64,000 nucleotides of DNA from Octopus vulgaris (GCA_951406725.2 OX597815.1:185442001-185506000), one strand, 5' to 3'; positions 14,093 through 27,058 are shown, numbered from the stretch's first letter. Numbers and translations: made by a program. The notes: generated from the letters alone by a model not told the origin.

Positions 14093-14947
14093 GAGAGAGA
14101 GAGAGAGAGAGAGCAAGGTTTCCTAATATCTCTTTGTATACCAACATAATTTATATAAATATAATTCCGTCTTCGTTATTTCTTCAATCTCGTTATTGCT
14201 GTTGATAGGAAATAGTTAATTACTTTTGTTTGTTATTTGGTTGCCTCACGTATCAGGCTTTCAGTGACGCTGTGATTACCACTGTCAACCTTTTACGTTA
14301 AAGACAGGAAAGAGGTGGGGGGTTGTGCTTAATGTATGCATTTCATCGTAATGATATGCTGTGTGATGTTTTACAGATGGACATTTTTGTATGAATATTA
14401 TTTGATCTAGTAACAAGGCATAATGTTAAAAAACAAAATAAATTATTGCTATCCTAGCTAAAACTTTTAAAATATACAACCACATGTAAAAATAACTTTT
14501 AAATTAAAAGAAAGAAATTGATTCGAAGTGATATTGGAGAATGGCTTCATAAATAAAATATTTGGGGGGAGAGATACAATTACATGCTTAGTTGTTTTTC
14601 AATTGGACAACAGTTAGTGGCAGGTCACAAAGAAGTTGCCATCTCCGATAATTAGGCAGGTATGTGTATGTGTGCAGTGGAAGGGTCACATACATTGACA
14701 CTGATAAGCTCTACTTCTAGACAACTAACTCGGTTTGTATGCATACATCCACATTTTTAAATGGAGTAACGAAAAAATCAAATAAATAAAAATTCAAAAT
14801 AAAAAAAATAACATCAGTGCTAAAGCCAGATTGTTCTGACTTTGAAACATCTTGTTGGTGCCTCACATAAAACATTGCTTTTTTTTATGTAAGAACTGGT
14901 GAATGGTAGGTAAAGCCAGAATCCCAACTGTGTTACTTCAAGGAGTG
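6165..14947 (-). other. cpx: Putative very long 3'UTR exon of complexin
   Basis: Essentially no recognisable SINE/LINE/DNA transposon, in contrast to the rest of the window. Bounded by the acceptor at 14948 and poly(A) signals near 6187 and 6075. No credible ORF. Confidence 0.45.
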
Positions 14948-14965
14948 CTGAAATACAAACACCAT
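14948..14965 (-). other. Candidate 3' splice acceptor opening a long terminal exon
   Basis: Minus strand atggtgtttgtatttcAG|cactcc, in the upstream part of the transposon-free block. Confidence 0.45.
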
Positions 14966-15224
14966 AATTCTAGAAACAGGTTCAATACTAAACAACAAAT
15001 ATAGAAATACAATGGTTTGAAAATAATGAGGTGGAATGAAAATCAACCTTAATATTTACTTAGGGACCAGAAGACTTCAGAATTGAATATAAGGAATTTG
15101 ATATTCAGCTCATGAAGTATTTGACCCATCACACAATTTGATAAAATAAATCCAATTATATTTAACAATTGATCAAAAGATAAAAATAAATAAAACTCAA
15201 TTAGGTTATTTGTTTGTGTGCATA

Positions 15225-15407
15225 AGAATATATATATATATAGAGAGAGAGAGAGATAGAGAGGGAGATAATACATACATATATATATATACATATTAGA
15301 AGGAAACCACTTTATATATATATACATATATATATATAGATAGAGAGGGAGATAATACATATATATATATATATATATATTAGAGGGAAACCAATTTATA
15401 TATATAC

Positions 15408-15438
<31 letters not shown>

Positions 15439-15720
15439 TAGACAGAGAGAAAGAGAAACAGAAAATAAATATATATATATATATAAAACACACACATATG
15501 TACATCTCTCTCTATATATATATATATAAATTATATACACACATATGTACATCTATATATAGAGAGAGAGAGAGAAAGAGAAACAGATTATACATAAATG
15601 TATATACATACACATATGTACACATTTATATATATATATATATATATATATACACAAAAATACATATATATATATATATACATATTTACATACACATGTA
15701 TATATGTATGTATCTATGTA
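15225..15720. repeat. Compound TA/GA/CA microsatellite with an imperfectly tandem ~80-bp unit
   Basis: Repeated gatagagagggagataatacat...tattagaaggaaacca unit embedded in (TA)n and (GA)n. Confidence 0.8.
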
Positions 15721-17293
15721 CGTTGTGCATGTACACATAATATCCTACATGACCATACATGATATGAATGTTTCAAGAATTCATTTGCATGAATTGTTGG
15801 CTGTAAGTTTTATCACTGAATGTCTTTCATACAGTCAGCCTATCAACGATATACTAGAAATATACACCCATAGGAAATGCAGAATGAGAATAGCGTAGTA
15901 AGCAGTAGACATCAGTCTTCACTTCACAGCAAACAGAATCTTAAAATATTTGGATATTTATCATTTTGTAATGTTAATTCCATAGCAAGTAAAATTATTT
16001 TAGCAAGAAGTGTTACTAAAACATTTAATTATTACACAGCTGCTAAAGACACAAGTAATTAATGACACAAAGAATAATGGAAGGTTTCATTGTAGTTTGA
16101 ATGCAATTGAATTGGAGCAGCTAATTATAATCGTTACCAACATTCAGACTGAAGTGCATGAAAAATCATATCACGATAGATAATATACGAAGCTTTTGCC
16201 TCTCGGTCATAGTATTAGATTTAAATGTATTATCCAAAATATTATCTGTAGCTAATCAAAACTCTTAGCTAATCATACACATTTTTATTAGCCAATACTA
16301 CTAAAATAATTAGCTACAGTGCAAAATGATAAATTACCAGAAATTGTCAAATTGCTAATATTAGCTACAGCCATTAAGGAATTGATCAAATCAAATTATT
16401 TTAAAGTCATAAGATGAAGTAATTAAGGAATATTAATCCAGAATGGAATGACAAAGAATTAGGAAAGACAACACACTTGGATAAATTCTATAAAATATTT
16501 TGCTTTACTGCCTTTCATTCTGAGTTCAAATCTTTTTAAATAAGTACAAAAGAAGAGATTTGTGTATCATTTTTTGCTTTCAGTTTTACTCAAATAAGTT
16601 TTAGAACTGTTTAATTGTTTTTAACTTGGAAAATATCCATTTGCTAAACTTTCAGTTTACATGACCCTGTAGGTGATTTCTGCTCTCTTATTCATTGGAT
16701 TTGACTTCATCTATCATTGTTTTGTCAATGTATGTCTATTCGCTAATTAGAATTAGTTATTAGAAGTAATTCAAGTTTAGCATATCATTTTATTTGAAAA
16801 TTTTCCCATAAAATCTATCATTCATGACACGTAGTACTCGATATTTTCCTGTTTGATCTTGAATTTCATTGTCTTAGAGTATAAGAATATATAGTTTTTG
16901 CTCATCACCAAAAAGAGTATTTTTTTCATTCAAAGAATACTATTAGCTTTCCTTAATTCACTATATTTGGTAAAGTCTAAATCCTTATCAAATTAACACA
17001 GTAATATCCTTCTCACTTTCAAAATCTTATTTACACTAATTATCTTGGAAAATACAATATCACAGTATCTGGTTTCTCCTCCCATATAAAATCTATCACA
17101 TTATGTACAGCTGGTAATTGTCTTATTCCCCTTATGTACACCAAATAGATCAGAATATGTAATTTTCAACAAACATATATAGAACTTTAGTAAGGATTTT
17201 GTTTCATTAACTGTCAAATCACATACACAATTTGTGTTGCAACTGCCAAAAGAAATAGTATAGTAAAGAGATTTTAAAGAAGTATCAGTCATA

Positions 17294-17667
17294 GGCGTAG
17301 GAGTGGCTATGTAGTAAATAGCTTGCTTACGAACTACATGGTTTCGGGTTCAGTCCCACTGCGTGGCAGCTTGGGCAAGTGTCTTCTACTATAGCCTCAG
17401 GCTGACCAAAGCCTTGCGACTGGATTTGGTAGATGGAAACTTAAAGAAGCCCGTCGTGTATATATGTGTATGTATATGTTTGTGCATCTGTGTTTGTCCC
17501 CCCGATGCTGGTGTGTTTACATCCCCGTAACTTAGCAGTTCGGCAAAAGATACCAATAGAATAAGTACTAGGCTTACAAAGAATAAATCCTGGGGTCGAT
17601 GTGCTCAACTAAAGGCGGTGCTCTAGCATGGCCACAGTCAAATGACTGAAACAAGTAAAAGAGTAAA
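17294..17667 (+). mobile_element. SINE family A, full length
   Basis: ggcgtaggagtggctatgtagt head through aaacaagtaaaagagtaaaa tail. Confidence 0.9.
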
Positions 17668-18074
17668 ATAGATATGAACTTAGGTCATATTTGATCAAGA
17701 TTGATACTGCTTTAAAAGTGGTAACAATCTCAAAATAAATTAACAAACTATAAAGCTGTAATAATTGAGAAAATTCAAGGAATTATTCCATTACAATAGT
17801 TTGTATAGCAATTTTTATTGATATTGTGTCTACTTTATATCATTACTAACAATTTGATGTATTACATTAAGAATGCAAGAATACATTTTCAAACTTAATA
17901 TTACAAAGTGAAGATTCTGTTATTTAGAAAATCATTCTACTTTGTAGTGAATAAATCTTTACTAAAAAGATGATGTCTAATGATTCTTAGACAAGAATAT
18001 ATTAACAAATATGTTTTCTGCAATTTATAATTTTGGTAATTTTATATTTTCAATTGTATGGCAGATACATCAGT

Positions 18075-18540
18075 TACATTTGACAGACATTTGTCCTCAT
18101 CTTGTTTGTTGTTAGCACAACGTTTTAGCTGATGTACTCTCCAGCCTTCATCAGGTGTCCTGGGTGAATGGGAATTTCGAACCTGGGTTCACATTCCTAA
18201 GATATTTTTCGATGTTGTTATTAAAGTTACTGCCGGGAATCGAACTCAGAATCTTGGGGTTAGTAGCCCACACTCTTAACCACTACGCAATATGCCCGTG
18301 GGCATATGGTATTAAGAGCACGGGCTACTAACCCCAAGATTTCAGGTAGTGACTTTAATAATAATAATAATAATATCGAAAAATACCTTAGGAACGAGAA
18401 CCCAGGTTCAAAATCCCCTCAGGACACCTGATGAAGGCTAACACAATGTTTCAGCTGAAACGTTGTGTTATCAATGAACAAGATGAGGATAAATATCCAT
18501 CAAATGTAAATAATTCCTCATCTCACAAATATAGAACTGT
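18075..18540. mobile_element. Head-to-head pair of tRNA-headed, hammerhead-bearing elements (family H)
   Basis: Minus copy ~18075-18297 and plus copy 18300-18540 meet at tatgccc-gt-gggcata. Each has a tRNA-like head, an (aat)n-like linker and a CTGATGA...(G/A)AAACGTT motif. Confidence 0.85.
18423..18469 (+). ncRNA. Minimal type-I hammerhead ribozyme motif (Penelope-type)
   Basis: Stem I gacac/gtgtt, CUGAUGA (18428-18434), stem II ggct/agct, GAAA (18457-18460), palindromic ACGU in place of stem III, and NUH = GUU. Confidence 0.7.
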
Positions 18541-18913
18541 GTATGACAGATGTAGTGAAAGAGGATTTAATGATTTCTAATTCTGCACACATACATGCTA
18601 TAATGTAAATCTATCGAAAATAATAAATATATATTTTTGGAATTTTATTCATACCCATCTTACGGTATTGAGTTTGTCACTAATCGTTAATGAGGTAGAA
18701 ATGCGTAATACTAGACTTAACATTTTACTTTCAAATTTCATCAGTTTTATTGTTGTCATTTCTCCTTCCATATATAATGAAAGAAATACCAACAATATTT
18801 ACAAACCTATCTACTTTATGTACTTCAGTATAAAACTCTATACTGGACCCTGTCAAATGCCAAATTTTTCTTAAAAGTAGGGATTACTTTAAATAAATTA
18901 ATGATAGAATAAG

Positions 18914-19572
18914 ATCATCATTTAACGTCCATTGTCCATGCTGGCATGGGTTGGACGGTTTGACCAAGGCTGGTAAGCTGGAAGGCTGCACCAGGCTCAA
19001 GTCTGATTTGGCATGGATGCCCTTCCTAATGCCAACCACTCCGAGAGTGTAATGGGTGCTTTTATGTGACATCTGTATCTGCCACAACTGCGATTTTTGC
19101 TCTGCTTGATGGGTCTTCTTCTCAAGCACAGCATAATGCCAAAGGTCTTATCCATTGCCTCCGTGCGGCCCAATGCTCAAAAGGAACTCAGCCCCTTTGC
19201 TTCCACGAAGCCCAATGCTTAAAAGGAACTCAGCCACATTGTCTCTGTGAGGCCCAATGCCTGAAAGGATCTTGATTCCGGGAGGCCAAATGCTTGAAAG
19301 GAACTCAGTGACTTTGCCTCTGTGAGACCCAACGTTTGAAAAGTGCTCTTTATGCACCACCAGCACAAGTGCCAGTTACATGATGCCAGCATCAGGCACA
19401 ACTATGAATTCACTTGGCTTGACAGGTCTTCTCAAGCACAGCATATAACCAAAGATCTTGGTTGCTAGTCATTGCCTCTGTGACGCTCAAAGTTTGAAGA
19501 TCATGTTACACCACCTCATCCCATATCTTTCTAGGTCTACCTCAACCACAGGTTCCCTCCCCAGTTAGAGAT
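18914..19572 (-). mobile_element. RTE-clade LINE 3' fragment
   Basis: Reverse strand encodes a decayed GRPRKIWDEVV*HDLQTLSVTEAMTSNQDLWLYAV, followed by the 3'UTR and gacgttaaatgatgat tail. Confidence 0.85.
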
Positions 19573-19689
19573 CAACTTTTATAAATTAAATATGGCTTCA
19601 ATTACGATATTAGAACTGAGACAAAAAAATTCAAGTGGTGAATGTACTGGATATATTGTTCATAATTCCATGATATATATATATTTTAA

Positions 19690-21575
19690 CCCTTTTCCTA
19701 ATGAAAGTGGTACATATCAAATTTATAATAACTAAGACATTACTTCTATATCCTCTTTGAAAGTGTATTAATGTTATTAACTAAACGAAGCAGGACTTCC
19801 ATTGTACAAAACTTTTGATAAGTCTAACTTCAGTTTAAAATAGCTGAAACACTGTAATTCATTTCCTTATTACATCATTGTTAAGAAGTTAGCAATGAGA
19901 AAGTTATCTTGCAGTAAAACAATATGTTCCACCAATAAAAGAAAACCACCAGGACCATTTAAACTTTGCAAACCTTAATAATCAAATAAATTCATTTAAA
20001 CCTCTGTGGCTAATTATTTCTCATCTTTACATTTTTGAAAAACAACCTTTTATTGCATATCTATTTATTTTACACTATAATTAAAATAGTATATTCCCTG
20101 GCTGTGTTAATAAACAATCAAAGAATAGATTAATTAATGAATAATGCAGAATATAGAAATATGAAATATTAGGTAAATAATGAGGAAATTTCAAACTCTG
20201 GAAATATTTTTGTAAAACTTTTAAAATCTGAATACTAAATGGTAAAGCTATGCAACATTGTATAAATTAAAATTGCTAATTAATGATTATTGAAATTGGA
20301 GAAAATGAGCTGAAGTTAAACCGACTGCACTTCTCTCGAAATGTATCATGAGTTTATGTCAATATATGGGACAATACTGAATGATCCTCATTTAACATCC
20401 ATCCTCCATGCTGGCATAGGTTGGACAGTTTCACAGGAGTCAACCAGGCTACTGTGTCTGTTTTGACATGTATTTTTTAAAAGATATATAAATACATTGC
20501 CTTATTAAGAGCTAGGCAATTGTAGCCTAATTATCATATTGAAACTGCTTGTGATCAAATTAATATGTATTTAAAATAATTAAAAATTAGACACTTTACA
20601 TCAACAAGCAGCTGATGGCAAAGCTGGAGAGTAGAACTGTCATTGTTTAACACCAGGACAACCTAAATTGAGCAGATATTACCAAAAGCACTCCAATGAT
20701 GATGATCATCCCATCTTTTGGGCACTGTCTACCAAGGTTGGAACTATCAAATGTATCCATTTTTAAGAGACAACAAGTATGAGTTGAGAAAGGTTCAACA
20801 TTTTCTAGCAAAATCTTAAGTAGTTTTCTTGAATTACATTCAAAAGAATCCTCATTTATTTCCAACAATTGAAAATATAGTCAATCATAATAATAGATGG
20901 AATTTTTTTTAATTCTCTTTTTTCCTTATATACTCTTTCACATTAACTCATTAAGTCCCAGAGGACTTAAATAACTGAATATTACTTTTAAACTTTTACA
21001 GATGATTGAAAATATGTTTAAATGAAAAAAAAATTATTAAAGCTCTTTTACTTTAAGTAGAAATGGAAGTACTCAGTGTCCTATTTATAGGACAGTAAGA
21101 CTTAATGGTTTAAAGTATGGTGTCTGCTTTGTTTTGACACTTGTAAATTTTAGTTTGTCCTTAGTAGCAGAAAACTAAATTTATCTAATTAAGGGTATTT
21201 GATATTTTTCTTTACATTAAATTTGTGATTCAGAAATAATTTTAGGAATATTTAAAATCTGAGTTGAAAATACAAAGAGTAAAAGAAATAACCAAATTTT
21301 TTCCATGCTGCTAATTCTATAGTCATGAGCAATACAAAAATTCTTCTCTTAGTTACATATCTACTAATATAGTAGGTTCTTTTTACCAGACATCTAGTAA
21401 TAATGCTTTTATGTTTTAATAATACTTATCATGTCTTAACAAATATAATGACATTTAAAAAACTGAAGTCCTGCTTCGTTTAGTTAATAACATTAATACA
21501 TTTTCAAAGAGGATATAGAAGTAATGTCTTTAGTTATTATAAATTTGATATGTACCACTTTCATTAGGAAAAGGG
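19690..21575. repeat. 110-bp inverted repeat pair with TTAA-CCC...GGG-TTAA ends (piggyBac-like element or inverted duplication)
   Basis: 19690-19799 is the reverse complement of 21465-21575, with 1 substitution and 1 indel. TTAA at 19686-19689 and 21576-21579. Confidence 0.85.
20385..20470 (-). mobile_element. RTE 3' tail fragment
   Basis: tcatttaacatcc...ccatgctggcataggttggacag matches the other RTE tails. Confidence 0.6.
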
Positions 21576-23169
21576 TTAATATATATATATATATATATCA
21601 TATTTAGTAAATATGAGTAACTGTATTAAATTCTAAGAATAAATACTTTCAACTCAACATTACAATTTCATTAAAATAAAAACAAAAATATTTTAGCTGT
21701 CCATTTATCTAAACCTGCTTTTTTTATGTCGTATCTTTATGGAAGACTGGGAAATTATATTCCATTCTATTTCTATGGACTATGTTTTAAACAAGACTAC
21801 AGCTAAATTAATTTAATAAAAACATTTTGACAACCATTCCAAAAATAACAAGATAGAAAACACTTTAATACAAATTTAAAAGTTAATTCGATTTTAAACA
21901 TATATATTAAATGATAACTATTTTTCCAAGGATGAACATTTATAATGCTATTTTCTGTCTCAAAAATTCTGACTTCCTTGACAATTAGATCATATAAATT
22001 AGATCATAAAGGTGAGAAATAATATTTTTTAATATGGAAAGGAATTATTATGAACTCTGATTTGATAAAATTTACCAAAACTAATAAAATACCCATTAAA
22101 TAAATATATAATATAATTTTTTGCATAAACTTATTTAAAATTTGATTATAAGGTTTTGGGGGGAAACATCTCTAAACTGATCTCATTACATTATTTCTTA
22201 TATATTTTATTAAATAATATTTTTCTCAAACATAATCTGCTGATTATTTCTTTAAATTTAATGTACCAGATTTACAATAAAGGAAATGAGATTGTATGAT
22301 ACATGTTTTCTTAAAGAGCCATTACAGAATAAAGTGCATTCAATGGAATCAGAAATCTCAATCTGATTGCCAACTTGGCCCACCAAAAGCATTCTTTTTG
22401 CAAGTTTTTGGTGGGCCATTGAAGGGTACTACATACATTGCTTCCTCAGAAGATCTAATCCTGGAATTTTTCCAAAATACATAATACTGCCTAGCAGACT
22501 TAATGCTTCACTAATATGCTTTCTCATATTTCCTTATTCTACTGAAAGTGTTAATTATGTTGGCTAAGATACAAAACAGTGATAATTATTATTAAATATA
22601 ATCTCATCATTCTTCATTTGATTAGCTGCCTTAATCACTTGATGATGGCCTATCTTTTTCAGTGCATTTGCGATTGTTTGACTTTGTTTAGTTCTAATAG
22701 TGCCAAAGTAAGTTCTAAGTAAATTAAGTTTATATAATAATTTTAATATTCACTCAGAACCACTTCCATTAAATCATAATTGATTTTGAATCTGGTAAAC
22801 ACATTCAGTGTAGTCTACATTTTTATTCCTAATAACAACCTATCTACAACCACAAGTCAACTCCACTCTTAATGTGAATTTATACATCACAGCAAGGAGA
22901 TAGTATTTATATTGTGAACTAATTATATTAAGTCTTGATTCACTAACTTATTCATAGCTTCAGGCAGTAAATTAGCAGTGTCATTAGGTCAGTGGATGAA
23001 ACGGCTTACAGTATTTGTCCAGGCACTTTGGTCCCTGATTTCACCTTTACATTTCATTCCTCTAAGGTCAATAGTAAAACTCAAGCAGTGAGGTTCAATT
23101 ATCTGCCCCCTTCCCACTCCCTATCTTTCTCTTGGAATTAGCTATGTTGTGCAGTAAAAGATCACAGAA

Positions 23170-23403
23170 GGCGGCGAGCTAGCAGAAACGTTAGCACGCC
23201 AGGTGAAATGCTTAGTGGTATTTCGTCTGTCGTTACGTTCTGAGTTCAAATTTCGTCGAGGTCGACTTTGCCTTTCATCCTTTCGGGGTCGATAAATTAA
23301 GCACCACTTATGCACTGGGGTCGATGTAATCGACTTAATCCTTTTGACTGTCCTTGTATATCCCATCTATGTTTAGCCCCTTGTGGGCAAAAAAGAAATA
23401 AGA
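23170..23403 (+). mobile_element. tRNA-related SINE, family B
   Basis: ggcggcgagctagcagaaacgttagc head, gagttcaaat B-box and central gcctttcatcctttcggggtcgataaattaag block. A degenerate copy lies just upstream at ~22965-23110. Confidence 0.85.
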
Positions 23404-24929
23404 GAACACAGGAGACTGCTCACAATGACACCTTTCCCAGAAATAGAACTGAGTGTGAGGAAGACTACCAATCTCTTCTCACAGGAAACCTAATATATTA
23501 CTGAAATCATCTGAAGATGTCCAGCACAGCATGGAGCAAACATAAATAAAAATAATGTATTTTGCAGCAAAATAGATATTTGAATGAACAGGTTTAAATC
23601 TAAAGTCTAAAATATTGATTTGTTCTCTTGTGATAAACCTATTTAAGTTGTTAATGTATTTTATATGTTTACATTATAACCCGAATTCAATTTAATATTA
23701 GCCTATTTTTATGTTTTTGTTTGGTTTTCCATTTAAGATTAATTATTAATCCAATACAATATGTTGTACCATTTCATTAACCATTGATATCTTTGGCTAA
23801 ATGCCTAAATGTTTCATCCCTAATCAGTCTGATTAAAATTTAAACCTTTTTTTGCTGTCTTTTTTTCTTTCTTCCTTCCTTCTTATTCACCCAAAAGGTT
23901 TATATGCTAAATATTCTCTTGCAAAATTATGCCTAAATTATGCAATGAAAATTATTTACATTTCAGCTAATTTTCTGTACAAAATTTCAAATTCAATATT
24001 CAAGTAATATTTACGCAAAGTTACAAGTTTTCCAGCTTATCATTCCTGTATAAAAAGTGTTTAATTAAATGATCATTTGAGCTACTTTAACTCAAAATTG
24101 TAACAAACAGAAATAACATTCTTATCAACTGAAAAAACAGCTTACTTATTCTTTTCTCTTCTTTTTTCCACACTTTTCTAAGTTACTGACTATAATAACT
24201 TGTTCAGAAATTAGAATAAGTCAAATTGATGGCCTGAATATAAAATTCCACATAATTATTTGTTCAAATTGAATTGTTGTTGTTATTGCTGAGATTATTT
24301 TAGCTAATCAGATGCTCGTTTTAATAATTAGATCCATGCTAACTTTATTGCTTTTTGACATGCAAAGAGTGATAAAACTGTTTGTTGTGAAGGGTTAAGT
24401 CTTTAAATGGAGTCAGATTCTTTTTTTTTTTTTCTTTTTTGTTATTTGAAAATTATTCATGCACACATGCACGCAACGGTTTAAGCACTCAGTAAAAACA
24501 CCAAAATATTTTCAATTCTATATTTCAATTTTCCATTCTTTAAATACTTTCTATTCATTAAGAGGTAATTGGCAGCATTAATTATATTTGCATATGAATA
24601 AAATAGATAACTACCTTGAAACCATTAAAAATATATAAATCTTAAGTTGGATCATGACAGAATGTTTCTTGTCTATTATATATAATGTAGCATGCTGATA
24701 ATTTATTGGCAAATAAAATTCACTCCCAGGTTTTGATTTCCACTTTTATTTACACTCTTATGGTGTTATAGTGTTATTTGTTTCTATATATTTTGGATTT
24801 AAGCCAATGAACTGCTAATCTTTATATTCACATAATAACTTTAAAGGATAGTTTAGTTTCTCTGTTTATCTAATACAAATGGATAAGTTCTACAAAACAG
24901 GTTTATATTATATATCGATATCATCTTTT

Positions 24930-25160
24930 TTCTTATGCACCCTTTCCTAGCCTAGCCAGGCTCATGGACCTGGTTACCTGGTTTCTATGGCATATGTGTT
25001 CCCCCAGCTGGATGGGACGCCAGTCCATCACAGCATTACTCAAGAAACAGGAAGAAAGAGTGAGAGAAAGTTGGGGCGAAAACCGCCCTGTCTGGGAATC
25101 GAAATCGCGATCCCCTGACCACGAGTCTGCTGCCCTAACCACTGGGCCATTGTGTCTCCA
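24930..25160 (-). mobile_element. tRNA-derived SINE, family C (V-domain-like core), internally deleted
   Basis: Reverse strand: tggcccagtggttagggcagcagactcg head, ttcgattccc B-box and gatggactggcgtcccatccag core. Confidence 0.8.
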
Positions 25161-25671
25161 CATCGATATTATCTATGTTATTCAATGTGTTATGCTCATA
25201 CATGGTACACGAGGGTGGTTGAAGGAGCAAAGGCATGTCAATAACTAAAGAAAATTCCCAAATTTGTCATTGCTAAAGCAATTGATAATAAATGTTTTCA
25301 CAATGGACTATAATGTGCAATTTCATTTTTCTCAGTTCAAATCAAATCATCATCTTCAAGAATGATAAAAGAACACCAATATGGTTCCGAATTAATTCAA
25401 GAAACCATATCAAACCATCAGAAAGAATGTATTCTCACAGCCTAATTTGCAAAGATAGACAACCAGAAAATAATGACTGCCTACATGATACCTACATGAC
25501 CTAATTAAGCAGACATTTGAAGTAACAATATTTTAGAATGCTTAATGGGATAACACCATTCACTAGACTTTATTAAACTCTTCCAATATTCATTGTTTCA
25601 CATCATCTCATGACAATATCAAATGAATTATTTTACTCATTGACAAATTTGAGCATTTTCTTTTGTCATTT

Positions 25672-25767
25672 ATTCTTTTACTCTTTTATTTGTTTCAGTC
25701 ATTTGACTGTGGCCATGCTGGAGCACTGCCTTTAGTTGAGCAAAATAACCCCAGAGCTTATTCTTTG
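25672..25767 (-). mobile_element. SINE family A 3' tail fragment
   Basis: tgtttcagtcatttgactgtggccatgctggagcac matches the family A tail. Confidence 0.7.
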
Positions 25768-26715
25768 TCAACAAGCTGTTGACTATACTTCAGACTTGGT
25801 CAGGAATAATGGTTCCAATTGCACATTACAACAATCTTATGCTCTCATTACTGATCAACAATCAGAACTATTTGCATGCATCTATTTAGCAATGTGTCTT
25901 AAAATAGAATTCCTGTTTTAAAATAACCATCACTAAATACAACTTTTTCTGAGAACCAGCTTCCTCTTGAACCAAGCATATTTTTTTGCATCAGATCCAT
26001 CATTTACATGAAGTAGCATTCACCTGAATTATATTTTACCAAAAGCAATGTTTTTTACCATTATAATTAATGGATTTTTTTCCCTACACACAACTGCTTT
26101 TAGCAAGAATAACTTTTGACAGAATCAGTTTCCATAATCCAATCAATAATTCTTAGAGATATATTTCATTTGAATAATGGTTCATCAAAGCAATCTTTAA
26201 ATCTGAAGGCTACAATTAAATTCATTTAATGAAGTGGCAGTATATTTTTAGCCAGATTTTTAATACACTAGCTCTATTCACTATGTCTAATTAAACTTCC
26301 ATTACTTCATAGTTTTCTATCATCCCATTATGAAAAATTTTCTTATCAATAAAATTCTTAATCCATTGAGGAACTTATACCTTTATGTATTTTTGTTATT
26401 GCTGCACCGAATTTTTTCTTTCCATTTACAAACTTATTTATTTCATTTTATTACTATTCAAAATTATCCATGATATCTTCAGTTCTCTTACTTGCCAATT
26501 ATATTCTCCTGTTTGTTGCCAAACCTGCTATTAAGCAACATATTGAATAGATTTGATTCATTCAATAATTGCATCATTATAGAACTTGATACGTCTCCAC
26601 ATATTCTACTCCTTGCTATTAGCTACACTAACATTTCGCTGCCAATATTTTCCCTCTTTTGAAAGTATTTGAAATTCTCACTCTTCACAACTGCAACAGC
26701 GATACTCAGATTTCA

Positions 26716-27058
26716 GGTGGCAAGTAAAGAAACACCGTTTCGACCCTGTGCTTGAGGAGACCTATTGAGTCAAGTACATCAAGTACATCAATAGAAATTG
26801 CAGTTGTGATCCCTGTGCCGGTGGCACGTAAAAAGCACCATCCTTACATGGCCAATGCCAGCCTCGCCTCACATCTGTGCTGGTGGCACGTAAAAAGCAC
26901 CCACTACACTCATGGAGTGGTTGGCGTTAGGAAGGGCATCCAACTGTAGAAACACTGCCAGATCAGACTGGAGCCTGGTGCAGCCTTCTGGCTTCCCAGA
27001 CCGTAGAACCACCCAACCCATGCTAGCATGGAAAACGGACATTAAACGATGATGATGA
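26716..27058 (+). mobile_element. RTE LINE 3'UTR fragment
   Basis: aaaagcacccactacactc...ggcgttaggaagggcatcc...cattaaacgatgatgatga. Confidence 0.85.
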
